NCBI GenBank assembly: GCA_051986335.1
Contig: JBPYDW010000272.1
Location: forward strand, 1-43,768
Direction of reading: 5' to 3'
Source of the DNA: Vulcanimicrobiaceae bacterium
GTDB lineage: Bacteria; Vulcanimicrobiota; Vulcanimicrobiia; Vulcanimicrobiales; Vulcanimicrobiaceae
Length of the DNA: 43,768 bases
The notes under the pieces are model-generated. The model had not been told where the DNA came from. It did not search any database and was given only the letters and a program-made list of their open reading frames with translations. Below, in pieces: positions 25,676 to 35,271 of this stretch. The position numbers were made by a program, and so were the translations under genes. Position 1 is the stretch's first letter. Each line of letters begins with the position of its first letter.

Positions 25676-27271
25676 ATGGACGTCACTTCCTTGGACGGCA
25701 GAGGCTATGCCAAGTTTGTGGCAGCCGGCACCTACTTCCTACGGAAATACCGGCAGGTCCTCAACGACCTCAACGTCTACCCGGTTCCCGACGGCGACAC
25801 CGGCACGAATATGTACCTGACGCTGCGTTCGGCCTGTCTGGAGGCCGCGAAGTGCCCGGAGGGGACGCCGATCTCCGAGGTGGCGGCGGCCACCGCCCAA
25901 GGGAGTCTGATGGGTGCGCGAGGCAACTCCGGCGTGATTATCTCGCAGATGCTGCGCGGCTTTGCCCACCACGTGCGCAACCGTTCCGAGATCGATACCT
26001 TCGTTCTGGCAACCGGCTTGCGCGAGGGCGTTCAGGCGGCAAAGCAGGCCTTGTTGCGGCCCGCTGAGGGAACGATCATTTCGGTCGGCGAGGCCGCGGC
26101 GGATGCGGCGTATCGCCTCGCGTTACACGAGTCCGACTTCTACCGCATGCTAAGCGGCGTGCTGCGGGCCGCAAACGAGGCGCTCGATCGAACGCCGGAC
26201 CAACTCGCCGTATTAAAGGAGGCCGGCGTCGTCGATGCAGGCGGCGCCGGTTTCGTGTATTTCTTGGAAGGCGCGCTGCGTTTCTTGCCGGACGTCAAGG
26301 TTCGCGCGACGGCATTCCCGCGCCGGCCGGCACAAAAAAAGGTTTTTACTGCGCGGCAGATCGTCGGCGAAAACAAGTATTGTACGGAGTTCATTCTCGA
26401 GCGGGCGACGTGCAGCGTGAACGAGTTGCGGCGCGCGCTCGAACCGCGCGGTGAGTCGCTACTGGTTATCGGGGCCCCACCGACGATCAAGGTGCACGTG
26501 CATACCGACGATCCCCAACGCGTACAGGAGCTGGCCGCCCGGCACGGCGCGCTCACGCGCGTCAAAGTCGACAACATGGAACAGCAGCACAACGTGCTGG
26601 TCGTCGATACGCCGCAGTCGCAGTATTCGATCGTGGCCGTCGCCCCGGGTCCGGGCTTCGAACGGATCGTGCGCGAGTTGGGAGCCGAAGTAACCGTCGA
26701 CGGTGCGAAAAACCCCAGCGTTCGCGACCTGCTGCTGGCCGTCAATAAGGCACTGACGACCAACGTCTACTTGTTCGTCAACGACAAGAACGCGGTGCTC
26801 GCGGCGCGCGAGTTGCCGCGTTTGACCGATAAGACGATCCACGTTTTGCCCACGGCCGACATCGTCTCGGGCATCGCCGGTCTGTTTGCGATGCGCGCCA
26901 CCGGCGAGGGCGAAGCGCCCAGCGACGAGGAGATCATGTCGACGGCGGCCCGCACGCGCAGCGCACAGGTATTTTTTGCTGGGAAGGATGCGTCGCTTGG
27001 AGGCGTTAGCGTTGCCGAAGGACGGCCGGCCGCTACCGTCAATGGTGCCCTGATCGCCGGAGCTTCGGTTGCCGAGGCCGCCGAGGAGGCGTTGTCCAAG
27101 ATGGGTGCGCACAGCGGTGGTTTGGTCACCCTCTACTACGGCGGCAAACAGAAGGAACGCGATGCCGAGCTTATCAGCAACGAGATTCGAACGGCCTTTC
27201 CCGCCAGCGAAGTCGAATACTACTACGGCGGCATGAAGAACGCCGAATACTGGATTTCATTCGATGAGTAG
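25676..27271 (+). CDS. yloV: DAK2-domain protein YloV (fatty acid kinase FakA-like)
   Basis: Contains [21 protein letters not shown] (DAK2 motif) and a C-terminal DegV-partner-type domain. It is divergent from rpmB, as in Bacillus. The ATG is at 25676. Confidence 0.85.
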   Translation: MDVTSLDGRGYAKFVAAGTYFLRKYRQVLNDLNVYPVPDGDTGTNMYLTLRSACLEAAKCPEGTPISEVAAATAQGSLMGARGNSGVIISQMLRGFAHHVRNRSEIDTFVLATGLREGVQAAKQALLRPAEGTIISVGEAAADAAYRLALHESDFYRMLSGVLRAANEALDRTPDQLAVLKEAGVVDAGGAGFVYFLEGALRFLPDVKVRATAFPRRPAQKKVFTARQIVGENKYCTEFILERATCSVNELRRALEPRGESLLVIGAPPTIKVHVHTDDPQRVQELAARHGALTRVKVDNMEQQHNVLVVDTPQSQYSIVAVAPGPGFERIVRELGAEVTVDGAKNPSVRDLLLAVNKALTTNVYLFVNDKNAVLAARELPRLTDKTIHVLPTADIVSGIAGLFAMRATGEGEAPSDEEIMSTAARTRSAQVFFAGKDASLGGVSVAEGRPAATVNGALIAGASVAEAAEEALSKMGAHSGGLVTLYYGGKQKERDAELISNEIRTAFPASEVEYYYGGMKNAEYWISFDE

Positions 27272-28268
27272 ACCACGTATCGCGGTCGATGCGATGGGCG
27301 GCGACAGCGGTCCGGCCGAGATCGTTGCCGGTGCACTCCTGGCGGCGAACGAGTACGACGTCGAAATCGTCTTGGTCGGTGACGAAGCGCGGGTGGCACC
27401 GCTGGTAGCAAAGGCCCCGGCGAACGTGCGCGTGGCCCATGCGCCCTCCGAAGTTCCGATGGATCAGAATCCATCACAAGCGTTGCGGCAGTCGGATTCT
27501 ACCTCGCTCGGTATCGCGGTGAACATGGTCAAACGTGACGAAGCCGATGCCGCCGTGTCGGCCGGAAACAGCGGCGCGTTCCTGGCGATCGCGCTGATCA
27601 AATTGCGTACGATCGAGGGAATCGCCCGTCCGGCAATTGCGACCGTTTGGCCGGCGCTACGCGGACCTTCGGTGTTGCTCGATTCGGGCGCAAACGTCGA
27701 CTGCCGGCCCGAATGGTTGCAGCAGTTCGGCATCATGGGGTCGGCCTACGCCAAAGCTGCGCTGCACATCGACAATCCGCGCGTCGCCATCCTGTCGGTG
27801 GGCGAGGAGCGCAACAAGGGCAATCAGCTCGTGCTGGAATCGGCTAAATTGCTGGAGGCTGTGCCGATCAACTTCATCGGCAACGTCGAAGGCAAGGATC
27901 TCTTTCACAACATCGCCGATGTGATCGTCGCCGACGGTTTCGTCGGTAACGTGGTCCTCAAGACCGGCGAGGGCATGATCTCCGACCTCGCTAAGGTAAT
28001 CCGCGAGACGCTGCTGGCCGGCAACACGCTGACGAAGCTCGGCGCGGCCATGCTCGCCCCGGCCCTGCGCGGATTGCGGCGCCGGTTCGACTACGAAACC
28101 TACGGCGGAGCGCCCTTACTCGGCTTACGCGGCAATTGCATCGTCACGCACGGCCGCGCCAGCCGCAATGGGATCAAGCATGCGATTCACGCCGCCGCCG
28201 AGGAAGTCAGCAACGACGTCGTCGGGAAGATCTCGGCGGTGGTCGCGCCGCATCTTGCAAACGTCTGA
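27264..28268 (+). CDS. plsX: phosphate acyltransferase PlsX
   Basis: Contains RIAVDAMGGDSGP and FIGNVEG. The ATG overlaps the yloV stop by 8 nt. Confidence 0.95.
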   Translation: MSRPRIAVDAMGGDSGPAEIVAGALLAANEYDVEIVLVGDEARVAPLVAKAPANVRVAHAPSEVPMDQNPSQALRQSDSTSLGIAVNMVKRDEADAAVSAGNSGAFLAIALIKLRTIEGIARPAIATVWPALRGPSVLLDSGANVDCRPEWLQQFGIMGSAYAKAALHIDNPRVAILSVGEERNKGNQLVLESAKLLEAVPINFIGNVEGKDLFHNIADVIVADGFVGNVVLKTGEGMISDLAKVIRETLLAGNTLTKLGAAMLAPALRGLRRRFDYETYGGAPLLGLRGNCIVTHGRASRNGIKHAIHAAAEEVSNDVVGKISAVVAPHLANV

Positions 28269-29119
28269 TGCCGTTCGCAATCGTCACCGATTCGACGTCG
28301 GACATCGATCCCGGGCGAGCCGATGAACTCGGCGTCACCGTCGTACCGCTCTTCGTACTGTGGGAAGATCGTAGCTACCGCGATTACATCGACCTAACGC
28401 GCCGAGAGTTCTATCGCCGGCTCGAGACCGAGAAGACGTTACCGACGACGTCGCAGCCGACCGCGGCGATGTTTGAGACGGCGTTTCGCGTTCCGATCGA
28501 ACGCGGCCAAGAGATCCTCTGCATGGTGATCTCCTCGCATCTGTCCGGAACGATGAACGCGGCGCGCGCAGCGGCCCAGAGTTTCCCCGATCGTCGCATC
28601 GAGGTCTTCGATTCGCAAAGCGCCGCCGGCGGGCTCGGCATGCTGGTCGAGCGGGCATGCGCGCTGGCTGCAGCGGGTAACTCGCTCGACGAGGCGCTGA
28701 CCGCGCTGCAGCGCGAGCGCGCGAACCAACGCCTCTATGCTTGCCTTCCGGAGCTCGCGCATTTACAACGCACCGGCCGCATCGGTAAAGCGCAAGCGGC
28801 GATCGGAACGCTGATGAAGATCGTGCCGGTTCTGTGCCTGAAGGACGGCGAGGTCGAGGCGGAGGCGCGAGTACGAACCTTTGCGCGCGCGCAGGAGACG
28901 ATGATCGACCTTACGATGAAGAATTCACCCGACGTCGCGCGCTCGCGCTATCGCGTCATGCACACCGATGCCCCGCACCTCGCCGAGGCTGCGCTTGCAA
29001 GACTGCAGGCGCGATTTGCCGGCGCGACGCCGCTGGAGGTTCAAATCCAGGAAGCGGGACCGGTGATCGCGGTGCACGCCGGCCCGCACGCGGTCGGAAT
29101 CTTTAGTTTTCACGAATAA
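28268..29119 (+). CDS. DegV family fatty-acid-binding protein (FakB-like)
   Basis: The N-terminus is MPFAIVTDSTSDI, with the DegV fold pattern throughout. The ATG shares one base with the plsX TGA stop. Confidence 0.9.
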   Translation: MPFAIVTDSTSDIDPGRADELGVTVVPLFVLWEDRSYRDYIDLTRREFYRRLETEKTLPTTSQPTAAMFETAFRVPIERGQEILCMVISSHLSGTMNAARAAAQSFPDRRIEVFDSQSAAGGLGMLVERACALAAAGNSLDEALTALQRERANQRLYACLPELAHLQRTGRIGKAQAAIGTLMKIVPVLCLKDGEVEAEARVRTFARAQETMIDLTMKNSPDVARSRYRVMHTDAPHLAEAALARLQARFAGATPLEVQIQEAGPVIAVHAGPHAVGIFSFHE

Positions 29120-29131
29120 CGGTGGGCCGCG

Positions 29132-30256
29132 ATGCTCGGCGTCTACGTTCATTTGCCGTTTTGTCCGTACATCTGCCCGTACTGCGATTTCGCCAAATGG
29201 CCGCATAAGGCAAGCGCCGCGCAGCGGTATCTGCGCGCGTTGCAAGCCGAGATCGATACGACGCCCTCCGATTCCGCCGCCACGCTCTTTTACGGCGGCG
29301 GCACGCCAAACGAATATTCCGCCGAGCAGATTGCCGCACTGACCGCGCGATTGCGCGAGCGATTCGCGCCGGCCGGATGGCGCGAGATTACCATCGAGCT
29401 CAATCCTGAGTTGGTGCGTCCGGGCGATTTCGAGACGTATCTGGCCTCGGGTATATCGCGCGTCTCGCTCGGCGTGCAGTCTTTTGATGCATCCGAAATT
29501 GCAACGCTGGGCCGCAAGCATACAACGGCACAGGTTGCCGCTGCGGTCGCGGCGGCGCGTGGCGCCGGCATCGGTTCCGTTTCGATCGATTTGATCTTTG
29601 CGGTTCCCGGCCAGACGACGCGCTCGTGGCGGAGATCGCTGGAAACCGCAATAGCGCTCGACGTCGATCACGTCTCGACGTACGGACTCACCATCGAGGA
29701 GGGTACGCCGTACGCGCGCTGGCACGCGCGCGAACCAGGCGCATTCGTGGACGACGCAACCGAAGCAGAACTTTACGCGATTGCAATAGATACCTTAACG
29801 GATGCTGGGTTAGAACAGTATGAGATATCGAACTTTGCAAAGGCAGGTCATACGTGCCTCCACAACGCTAACTATTGGTCGAACGGGGAGTATATTGGTT
29901 TAGGCGTAGGCGCGGCCTCATATCGTAGCAGGGTCCGTTCGGTGCACACGCGTTCGCTCGATGCCTACGTGGATGCGGTTCTCGCGGCCAAACCGATTCC
30001 CGGCGAGTCCGAGCGGCTCGACGATACCAAGCGAGCCGGTGAAGCGACGATGCTGGCCTTACGTACCGCCAAAGGGGTCAACGTCGCCGATTTCAAGAAA
30101 CGATACGGGGTAGATTTCATGCATTTTTACGCGCCGGTCATTGCGGAATATACGGCGGCTGGACTTGTAGAGGTCGACGAGACGTCGGTTCGGTTGACGC
30201 GCCAAGGCCGTTTCGTGGCGAACGACGTGTGCGGAGCTTTCGTAACATTCGCGTAA
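29132..30256 (+). CDS. hemW: radical SAM heme chaperone HemW (HemN-like, oxygen-independent coproporphyrinogen oxidase family)
   Basis: YVHLPFCPYICPYCDF carries the CxxxCxxC motif. Also GGGTP and the HemN C-terminal domain. Confidence 0.9.
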   Translation: MLGVYVHLPFCPYICPYCDFAKWPHKASAAQRYLRALQAEIDTTPSDSAATLFYGGGTPNEYSAEQIAALTARLRERFAPAGWREITIELNPELVRPGDFETYLASGISRVSLGVQSFDASEIATLGRKHTTAQVAAAVAAARGAGIGSVSIDLIFAVPGQTTRSWRRSLETAIALDVDHVSTYGLTIEEGTPYARWHAREPGAFVDDATEAELYAIAIDTLTDAGLEQYEISNFAKAGHTCLHNANYWSNGEYIGLGVGAASYRSRVRSVHTRSLDAYVDAVLAAKPIPGESERLDDTKRAGEATMLALRTAKGVNVADFKKRYGVDFMHFYAPVIAEYTAAGLVEVDETSVRLTRQGRFVANDVCGAFVTFA

Positions 30257-30273
30257 CGACTTTCCCGGGAGCG

Positions 30274-31338
30274 TTGTTGCGCACCGGATTTGCAATCATC
30301 TTCGCAGTGGCCGGCTTCTTGCTGGGTCGCGAAGCCTACCTAAATGTCTTTTCGCAGCATTTTGCCAGCGAGGGTCTGCAGCTAACGCTGCTCATTCTTT
30401 CGCCGGTCATCGGGGCGATCGTCGGCATACTGCTGGCGCCGCTCGCCCAGTCGCTCTTCGAGGGCGAGATCAGCGTCGTGGAAGGCGCGATCGAGCGGTT
30501 AGCACCCGCCGAGCTGGCCGGCGGCGCGCTCGGTCTGATCGTCGGCCTGGTTATCGCCTTCCTCATCAAGTCGATTCTCTTCGAGTTTATTTCGCTGACA
30601 AACCGCACAGGCAGCATCGTCGCGATCGTCCTCTATATCATCGTGTCGCTCTTCGCCGCCTACCTGGGCGCGCGCGTCGGCGCGAAGATGCGCATCGTCC
30701 CAATGAACGGTGGCGGTTTTGCCAGTCTCGCCGGTAGACCGAAGTTGATCGACACATCGGTAATCGTCGACGGACGCATCGTCGAAATCGTTCAAGCCGG
30801 CTTCCTGGAGGGGCCGCTCGTCGTCCCGCGCTTCGTCCTGCGCGAGCTGCAGGCGATCGCCGACTCGATCGACCCGTTGAAGCGGACGCGCGGCCGTCGC
30901 GGGCTCGAGGCGCTCAAACGTTTACAAGAGGTCGCCGAGATCGAAGTGGGCGAGCGCGACTACGACGACATGCCTCCGGGAAGCGTCGATGCGAAGTTGG
31001 TGCGATTGGCCCGCGACGTCGACGGCAAGTTGGTTACCAACGACTACAACCTCAACAGGGTTGCCCAAGTTGAGGGCGTCATCGTCCTCAACATCAACGA
31101 GCTGGCCGGTGCGGTCAAGCCGGTCGTCTTACCGGGCGAAGAGTTGCACGTGCAAGTCATCCGCGAGGGCAAGGAGCCGAATCAGGGCGTCGGATACATG
31201 GACGACGGCACGATGATCGTCGTCGAACAGGGACGCCGGATCATCGGCGACTCCACCGACGTGGTGGTGACCAGCGTGCTGCAGACCGTCGCCGGCCGCA
31301 TGATCTTTGCTCGGCCCAAGCGCGAGGTCGCAAGTTAG
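30274..31338 (+). CDS. yacL: PIN/TRAM domain membrane protein (YacL family)
   Basis: Four TM helices are followed by LIDTSVIVDGRIVEIVQAGFLEGPLVVPRFVLRELQAIADS (PIN domain) and a C-terminal TRAM domain (VTSVLQTVAGRMIFARP). I chose TTG 30274 because it gives MLRTGFAIIF, like B. subtilis YacL MLKRIVQAFF. GTG 30229 is the longer alternative. Confidence 0.85.
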   Translation: MLRTGFAIIFAVAGFLLGREAYLNVFSQHFASEGLQLTLLILSPVIGAIVGILLAPLAQSLFEGEISVVEGAIERLAPAELAGGALGLIVGLVIAFLIKSILFEFISLTNRTGSIVAIVLYIIVSLFAAYLGARVGAKMRIVPMNGGGFASLAGRPKLIDTSVIVDGRIVEIVQAGFLEGPLVVPRFVLRELQAIADSIDPLKRTRGRRGLEALKRLQEVAEIEVGERDYDDMPPGSVDAKLVRLARDVDGKLVTNDYNLNRVAQVEGVIVLNINELAGAVKPVVLPGEELHVQVIREGKEPNQGVGYMDDGTMIVVEQGRRIIGDSTDVVVTSVLQTVAGRMIFARPKREVAS

Positions 31339-31359
31339 CGAACCCCTAAAAGCCCTCCC

Positions 31360-32079
31360 ATGAAGTGGGGAGTCGTCATCGTGGCTGCCGGCCGCGGAAC
31401 GCGCTTTGGACGTCCAAAACAACTGCTCAACGTGGCCGGCCTTCCGCTGGTCGCCTGGTGCATGCGTACCTTCGCCGGCATACCGGCCATAACCGCAGCC
31501 GCGGTCGTGACCGAGAGCGAGTATATCGAACCGATACGGTCGCTGGCCGAGCGGTTTTTCAAAGACGTGCGTGCCGAGGTCGTTACCGGCGGCAGAACGC
31601 GTCAGGATAGCGTCGCTTGCGGCTTGAACGCGCTGCCGCCGGCGTGCGAAGCAGTGATGGTACACGACGGCGCGCGGCCGCTCGTCGTTGCGAGTGACGT
31701 GCGTGCGGGCATGGCCCAGGTGCATCCGGGTCGGGCTGCGCTGCTGGCAACGCCGGTGGTGGACACGATGAAGATCGTCGACGATGCCACCATGCTGGTC
31801 GAGCGCACGCTGGAACGCAACACCTTGTGGGCCGCGCAGACGCCGCAGTTCGCGATGCTCGACGACCTCGTGCGAGCCCACGCCGACGCTCGCGAACACG
31901 GCGTCATCACCACCGATGACGTTTCACTTCTGGAGCGCCTCGGCGTGGAAGTCGCGGTTGTCCCTTCGTCGGCGGAGAACTTCAAAGTGACACTGCCGGA
32001 CGACATCGGTCGCGCCGAAGTGCTGCTCAACGATCGTTTGGAAGGCTGGAGTTCGCGGGTGAGCGGGGCCGGTACGTGA
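31360..32079 (+). CDS. ispD: 2-C-methyl-D-erythritol 4-phosphate cytidylyltransferase
   Basis: Contains VIVAAGRGTRFGRPKQ and VHDGARP. Confidence 0.9.
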   Translation: MKWGVVIVAAGRGTRFGRPKQLLNVAGLPLVAWCMRTFAGIPAITAAAVVTESEYIEPIRSLAERFFKDVRAEVVTGGRTRQDSVACGLNALPPACEAVMVHDGARPLVVASDVRAGMAQVHPGRAALLATPVVDTMKIVDDATMLVERTLERNTLWAAQTPQFAMLDDLVRAHADAREHGVITTDDVSLLERLGVEVAVVPSSAENFKVTLPDDIGRAEVLLNDRLEGWSSRVSGAGT

Positions 32080-32552
32080 TGCGGGTCGGACACGGCTTCG
32101 ACGTACATCGTTTGGTCGAAGGAAGGCGGTTCGTGCTCGGCGGCGTCGAGATCGGGCACCACAGCGGACCGCAGGGGCACTCCGACGCGGACGTGCTGGC
32201 GCACGCCGTCTGCGACGCATTGTTGGGTGCTGCGGCGCTGGGCGATCTCGGGACGCACTTTCCCGACTCGGACGAGCGCTGGCAGGATGCAGATTCTATG
32301 GAGTTGCTGGCGCGCTGCGCCGGATTCGTTCGCGATGCGGGCCTGAAGATCGGCAATGTCGATGCGACGGTGGTCGTCGATCGCCCCAGGTTGGCCGAAC
32401 ACGTTGCGGCGATGCGTGCAAACATCGCCGTGCGGCTGGGTGTAACGCCGGAACGGGTGAGCGTAAAGGCCAAGCGCAGCGAAGGTCTAGGGTATACCGG
32501 TGACGGCAGCGGTATCGCCGCGTATGCGGTGGCCTGCGTCGAGAGCGATTAA
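32076..32552 (+). CDS. ispF: 2-C-methyl-D-erythritol 2,4-cyclodiphosphate synthase
   Basis: Contains RVGHGFDVHRL, GHSDADVLAHA and DLGTHFPDSD. The start (GTG 32076 or ATG 32079) overlaps the ispD stop. Confidence 0.95.
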   Translation: MMRVGHGFDVHRLVEGRRFVLGGVEIGHHSGPQGHSDADVLAHAVCDALLGAAALGDLGTHFPDSDERWQDADSMELLARCAGFVRDAGLKIGNVDATVVVDRPRLAEHVAAMRANIAVRLGVTPERVSVKAKRSEGLGYTGDGSGIAAYAVACVESD

Positions 32553-32554
32553 CG

Positions 32555-33112
32555 ATGGCAAATGATCGCAACGATGAGCTTGCGACGTTGATGCAAAGGT
32601 GGGGATACCTCGAGGATCCCGTTCCCGAGGCCGCGCGCCGCTGGATTGCAACCTTTTTCGACGCCTACGGCGCAGAGCTGGCTTCGTTAGAGGATGCTCG
32701 TCCGCTGGTCGCTGCTTTGCGCACCGAATCGTGCATCGTGCCGGCATTGGAATTGGAACGATTGCGTTCGCGCAGCGTACTGTTCTACTTGGACTCGGTC
32801 GCCCAATATGTCGATCATCAGGACGAGCTGCGCGGGTTGCCGCTCGAGCACGACTTGACCGAGATCGCCGCGGAGTTCGGTCTGCAAGCTCCCGATGCGC
32901 TCCGTGCAGTACGTATGGCGATCACCGGCGCCAAGGATGGGCCACCGCTCGAGCTGCTCTTCCCGTTGCTGGGCCACGATCGCGTCCTGATGCGCTTGGG
33001 CGCGATCAACTCGCGCTTGCTCCACGGCCGGGGCCTCGAGCCGATCGCCTATGGTCCGGACGGAAAGCCTTTCGAACCACTGAAAGGTTCGAAGCCGCGA
33101 ACGAAGGAGTAG
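32555..33112 (+). CDS. stand-alone glutamyl-tRNA synthetase anticodon-binding-domain-like protein (185 aa)
   Basis: The C-terminal block LRAVRMAITGAKDGPPLELLFPLLGHDRVLMRL matches the conserved GluRS tail (lR.AlTG...gP.l.e.l.lLGk...l.Ri). It occupies the gltX position between ispF and cysE. No catalytic HIGH/KMSKS domain is present, and there is no room for one because ispF ends at 32552. Confidence 0.6.
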   Translation: MANDRNDELATLMQRWGYLEDPVPEAARRWIATFFDAYGAELASLEDARPLVAALRTESCIVPALELERLRSRSVLFYLDSVAQYVDHQDELRGLPLEHDLTEIAAEFGLQAPDALRAVRMAITGAKDGPPLELLFPLLGHDRVLMRLGAINSRLLHGRGLEPIAYGPDGKPFEPLKGSKPRTKE

Positions 33113-33140
33113 TGCGTGCCAAGGGCCCGACCGAATCGGC

Positions 33141-33163
33141 AACCGGGGCTCGGTCCCCCGGTT
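33141..33163 (+). promoter_or_regulatory. GC-rich hairpin in the 67-nt spacer upstream of cysE
   Basis: AACCGGGG-ctcggtc-CCCCGGTT has an 8-bp stem and is followed by TACACTAGACAAGCAG-ATG. It could be a weak terminator/attenuator, or a processing or stability element. Confidence 0.35.
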
Positions 33164-33179
33164 TACACTAGACAAGCAG

Positions 33180-33875
33180 ATGCCAGCTAGAGACGACTCG
33201 CCCAATCCGTTCGCAAGCTTTCTCACCGACCTGCGCGCGCCGCTGGAACGCGATCCCGCCGCGCGCGGCTGGCTCGACGTCGTGCTGTCGTATCCGGGCT
33301 ATCATGCGATTCGCTGGTATCGCTATATCCACGTGCTGCAGCGCGCCGGCATCCCGCTGGTGCCGCGTTTTCTCTCCCACGTCGCGCGCTTTCTCACCGG
33401 TGTGGAAATCCATCCGGCCGCGCGCATCGGTCAGGGATTGTTCATCGATCACGGCATGGGTGTAGTGATCGGCGAAACGACGCAGATCGGCGACAACTGC
33501 ACGATCTATCAGGGCGTAACCCTGGGAGGCACGAGCCTATCCCATAGCAAGCGCCATCCCACGCTTGGCGACAACGTCATCGTCGGCGTCGGCGCCGCGG
33601 TCCTTGGCGCAATAAGCGTCGGCGATAACGCGCGCGTCGGCGGCGGATCGGTCGTCGTGCGCGACGTGCCGGCAAATGCGACCGTGGTCGGTATTCCGGC
33701 CCGCGTCGTCGTGCAGGACGGTAAGCCGGTGCAAGCGGTGCCCGATCGTCCTCGGGTGGAGATGCCCGACCCCAATGCACAACTGATCGCCGATCTTCAG
33801 GCGAGGGTATCCGATCTCGAGCGCATGCTACGACTACGCGACGCCGGCGATCACGATGCCGCCGCGGCTATATAA
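33180..33875 (+). CDS. cysE: serine O-acetyltransferase
   Basis: Contains GVEIHPAARIGQGLFIDHGMGVVIGETTQIGDNCTIYQGVTLGGT (hexapeptide-repeat core). Confidence 0.9.
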   Translation: MPARDDSPNPFASFLTDLRAPLERDPAARGWLDVVLSYPGYHAIRWYRYIHVLQRAGIPLVPRFLSHVARFLTGVEIHPAARIGQGLFIDHGMGVVIGETTQIGDNCTIYQGVTLGGTSLSHSKRHPTLGDNVIVGVGAAVLGAISVGDNARVGGGSVVVRDVPANATVVGIPARVVVQDGKPVQAVPDRPRVEMPDPNAQLIADLQARVSDLERMLRLRDAGDHDAAAAI

Positions 33876-35271
33876 CACTCGAACCCGCCGCATTGAAGAT
33901 TTTGCACCGTTGCGCGGCAACGACGTGCGCATCTACGTCTGCGGCCTAACGCCGTCGGCTGCCGCGCACATCGGCCACGCGCGGTCGTTCTTGTTTTTCG
34001 ACGTCCTGCGCCGCTTTTTGGAATTCCGCGGCTACAGCGTGACCTACGTGCAAAATGTGACCGATATCGACGACCGCAGCATCAACGAGGCACGGCAAAC
34101 CGGCGAGCACTGGTACGACATCGTCGGCCGTTACTTGGCCTCGTTCAAGGATTCGATGCGCAAGCTGGGCGTACGAGAGCCCGACGAAGAGCCGCACGCC
34201 ACTAAGTTTATCGAGCCGATCCAGCGCATGATCGGCCAACTCGTTGAAGCGGGTTTCGCTTACGTCACCGCCGACGGCGTGTACTACCGCGTTTCGAAGT
34301 TTGCGCGCTACGGCGCGCTCGCCAACAGGAAGATCGACGAGTTGGAGGCCGGCGCGCGCATCGAGGTCGACGAGAAGAAGGACGATCCGCTGGATTTTGC
34401 GCTGTGGAAACTCGCCAAGCCAGGGGAGCCATCGTGGCCTTCACCCTGGGGAGCGGGCCGGCCGGGCTGGCACATCGAGTGCTCGGCGATGTCGCACGTT
34501 CTCCTCGATCCGTCCAGTCACGGCTTCGACATCCACGGTGGCGGTGCCGACCTGATCTTTCCGCACCACGAGAACGAGATCGCCCAGAGCGAGCCGTTGA
34601 TGTCGCAGCCGCCGATGGCAAACTTCTGGGTGCACTGCGGGCTACTGCTCTACGAAGAGAAGAAGATGTCGAAATCGCTCGGCAACTTCGAGCCGCTCTC
34701 CGATCTGCTGCTGCGGCACGACCCGCAAGCTATTCGCCTGCTCTTCCTACAGACCGGCTATCGCAAAGTGATGAACTTCACCGAGGATTCCATCGGTGCG
34801 GCCGGCGTCGTGCTCGCCCGGGTGAAGAAGACCTATCGCGAGCTGCACGCGACGGGCGCGCACCCGGTTGCCGATGATTTGCTCGAGCGCGTGGCTGCCG
34901 CACTGGACAATGACATGAATACGTCGGTTGCGCTGAGCGAAGTCCTGAATAGCGGTGTGAGAGCGTCGCTGGGCAGTTATCGCGCGGCACTCGAACTATT
35001 GGGCTTATCGCCGGACGAATCGTGGCTCGAAGAGCCGCGTGCCGATTTGGCGTCCGACGTCGTAGAGCGCTTGAGCGCGCTGCTGGGTGAAGAGATCTCG
35101 TTCAACGGTGCGACCGCACCCGAAGCGGTGGAACGGGTGATTGCGGCGCGCACTGCAGCGCGCGAGAACAAGAATTGGAGTGCCTCCGATCGACTGCGCG
35201 ACGCGCTGTTGCAGGTCGGCGTCGAGCTGATGGACACCAAGAACGGCACTTCGTGGCGCGTCGCTCCGTAG
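33856..35271 (+). CDS. cysS: cysteine--tRNA ligase
   Basis: Contains the HIGH motif ([10 protein letters not shown]), KMSKSLGN and the zinc-ligand Cys pattern. The start overlaps cysE by 20 nt. Confidence 0.95.
   Translation: MPPRLYNTRTRRIEDFAPLRGNDVRIYVCGLTPSAAAHIGHARSFLFFDVLRRFLEFRGYSVTYVQNVTDIDDRSINEARQTGEHWYDIVGRYLASFKDSMRKLGVREPDEEPHATKFIEPIQRMIGQLVEAGFAYVTADGVYYRVSKFARYGALANRKIDELEAGARIEVDEKKDDPLDFALWKLAKPGEPSWPSPWGAGRPGWHIECSAMSHVLLDPSSHGFDIHGGGADLIFPHHENEIAQSEPLMSQPPMANFWVHCGLLLYEEKKMSKSLGNFEPLSDLLLRHDPQAIRLLFLQTGYRKVMNFTEDSIGAAGVVLARVKKTYRELHATGAHPVADDLLERVAAALDNDMNTSVALSEVLNSGVRASLGSYRAALELLGLSPDESWLEEPRADLASDVVERLSALLGEEISFNGATAPEAVERVIAARTAARENKNWSASDRLRDALLQVGVELMDTKNGTSWRVAP

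Noticed and set aside
33165-33174. The 10-mer ACACTAGACA is shared between the cysE upstream spacer and the cupredoxin upstream region (37973-37982).
   Set aside because: A single 10-nt match between two sites in a 44-kb window searched on both strands is expected by chance. The orientation relative to the downstream gene also differs at the two sites.
33113-33179. A T-box riboswitch upstream of cysE-cysS, as found in Bacillus.
   Set aside because: The spacer is only 67 nt, and I found no specifier-loop or T-box (AAnnnGGTGGTAC-like) sequence.
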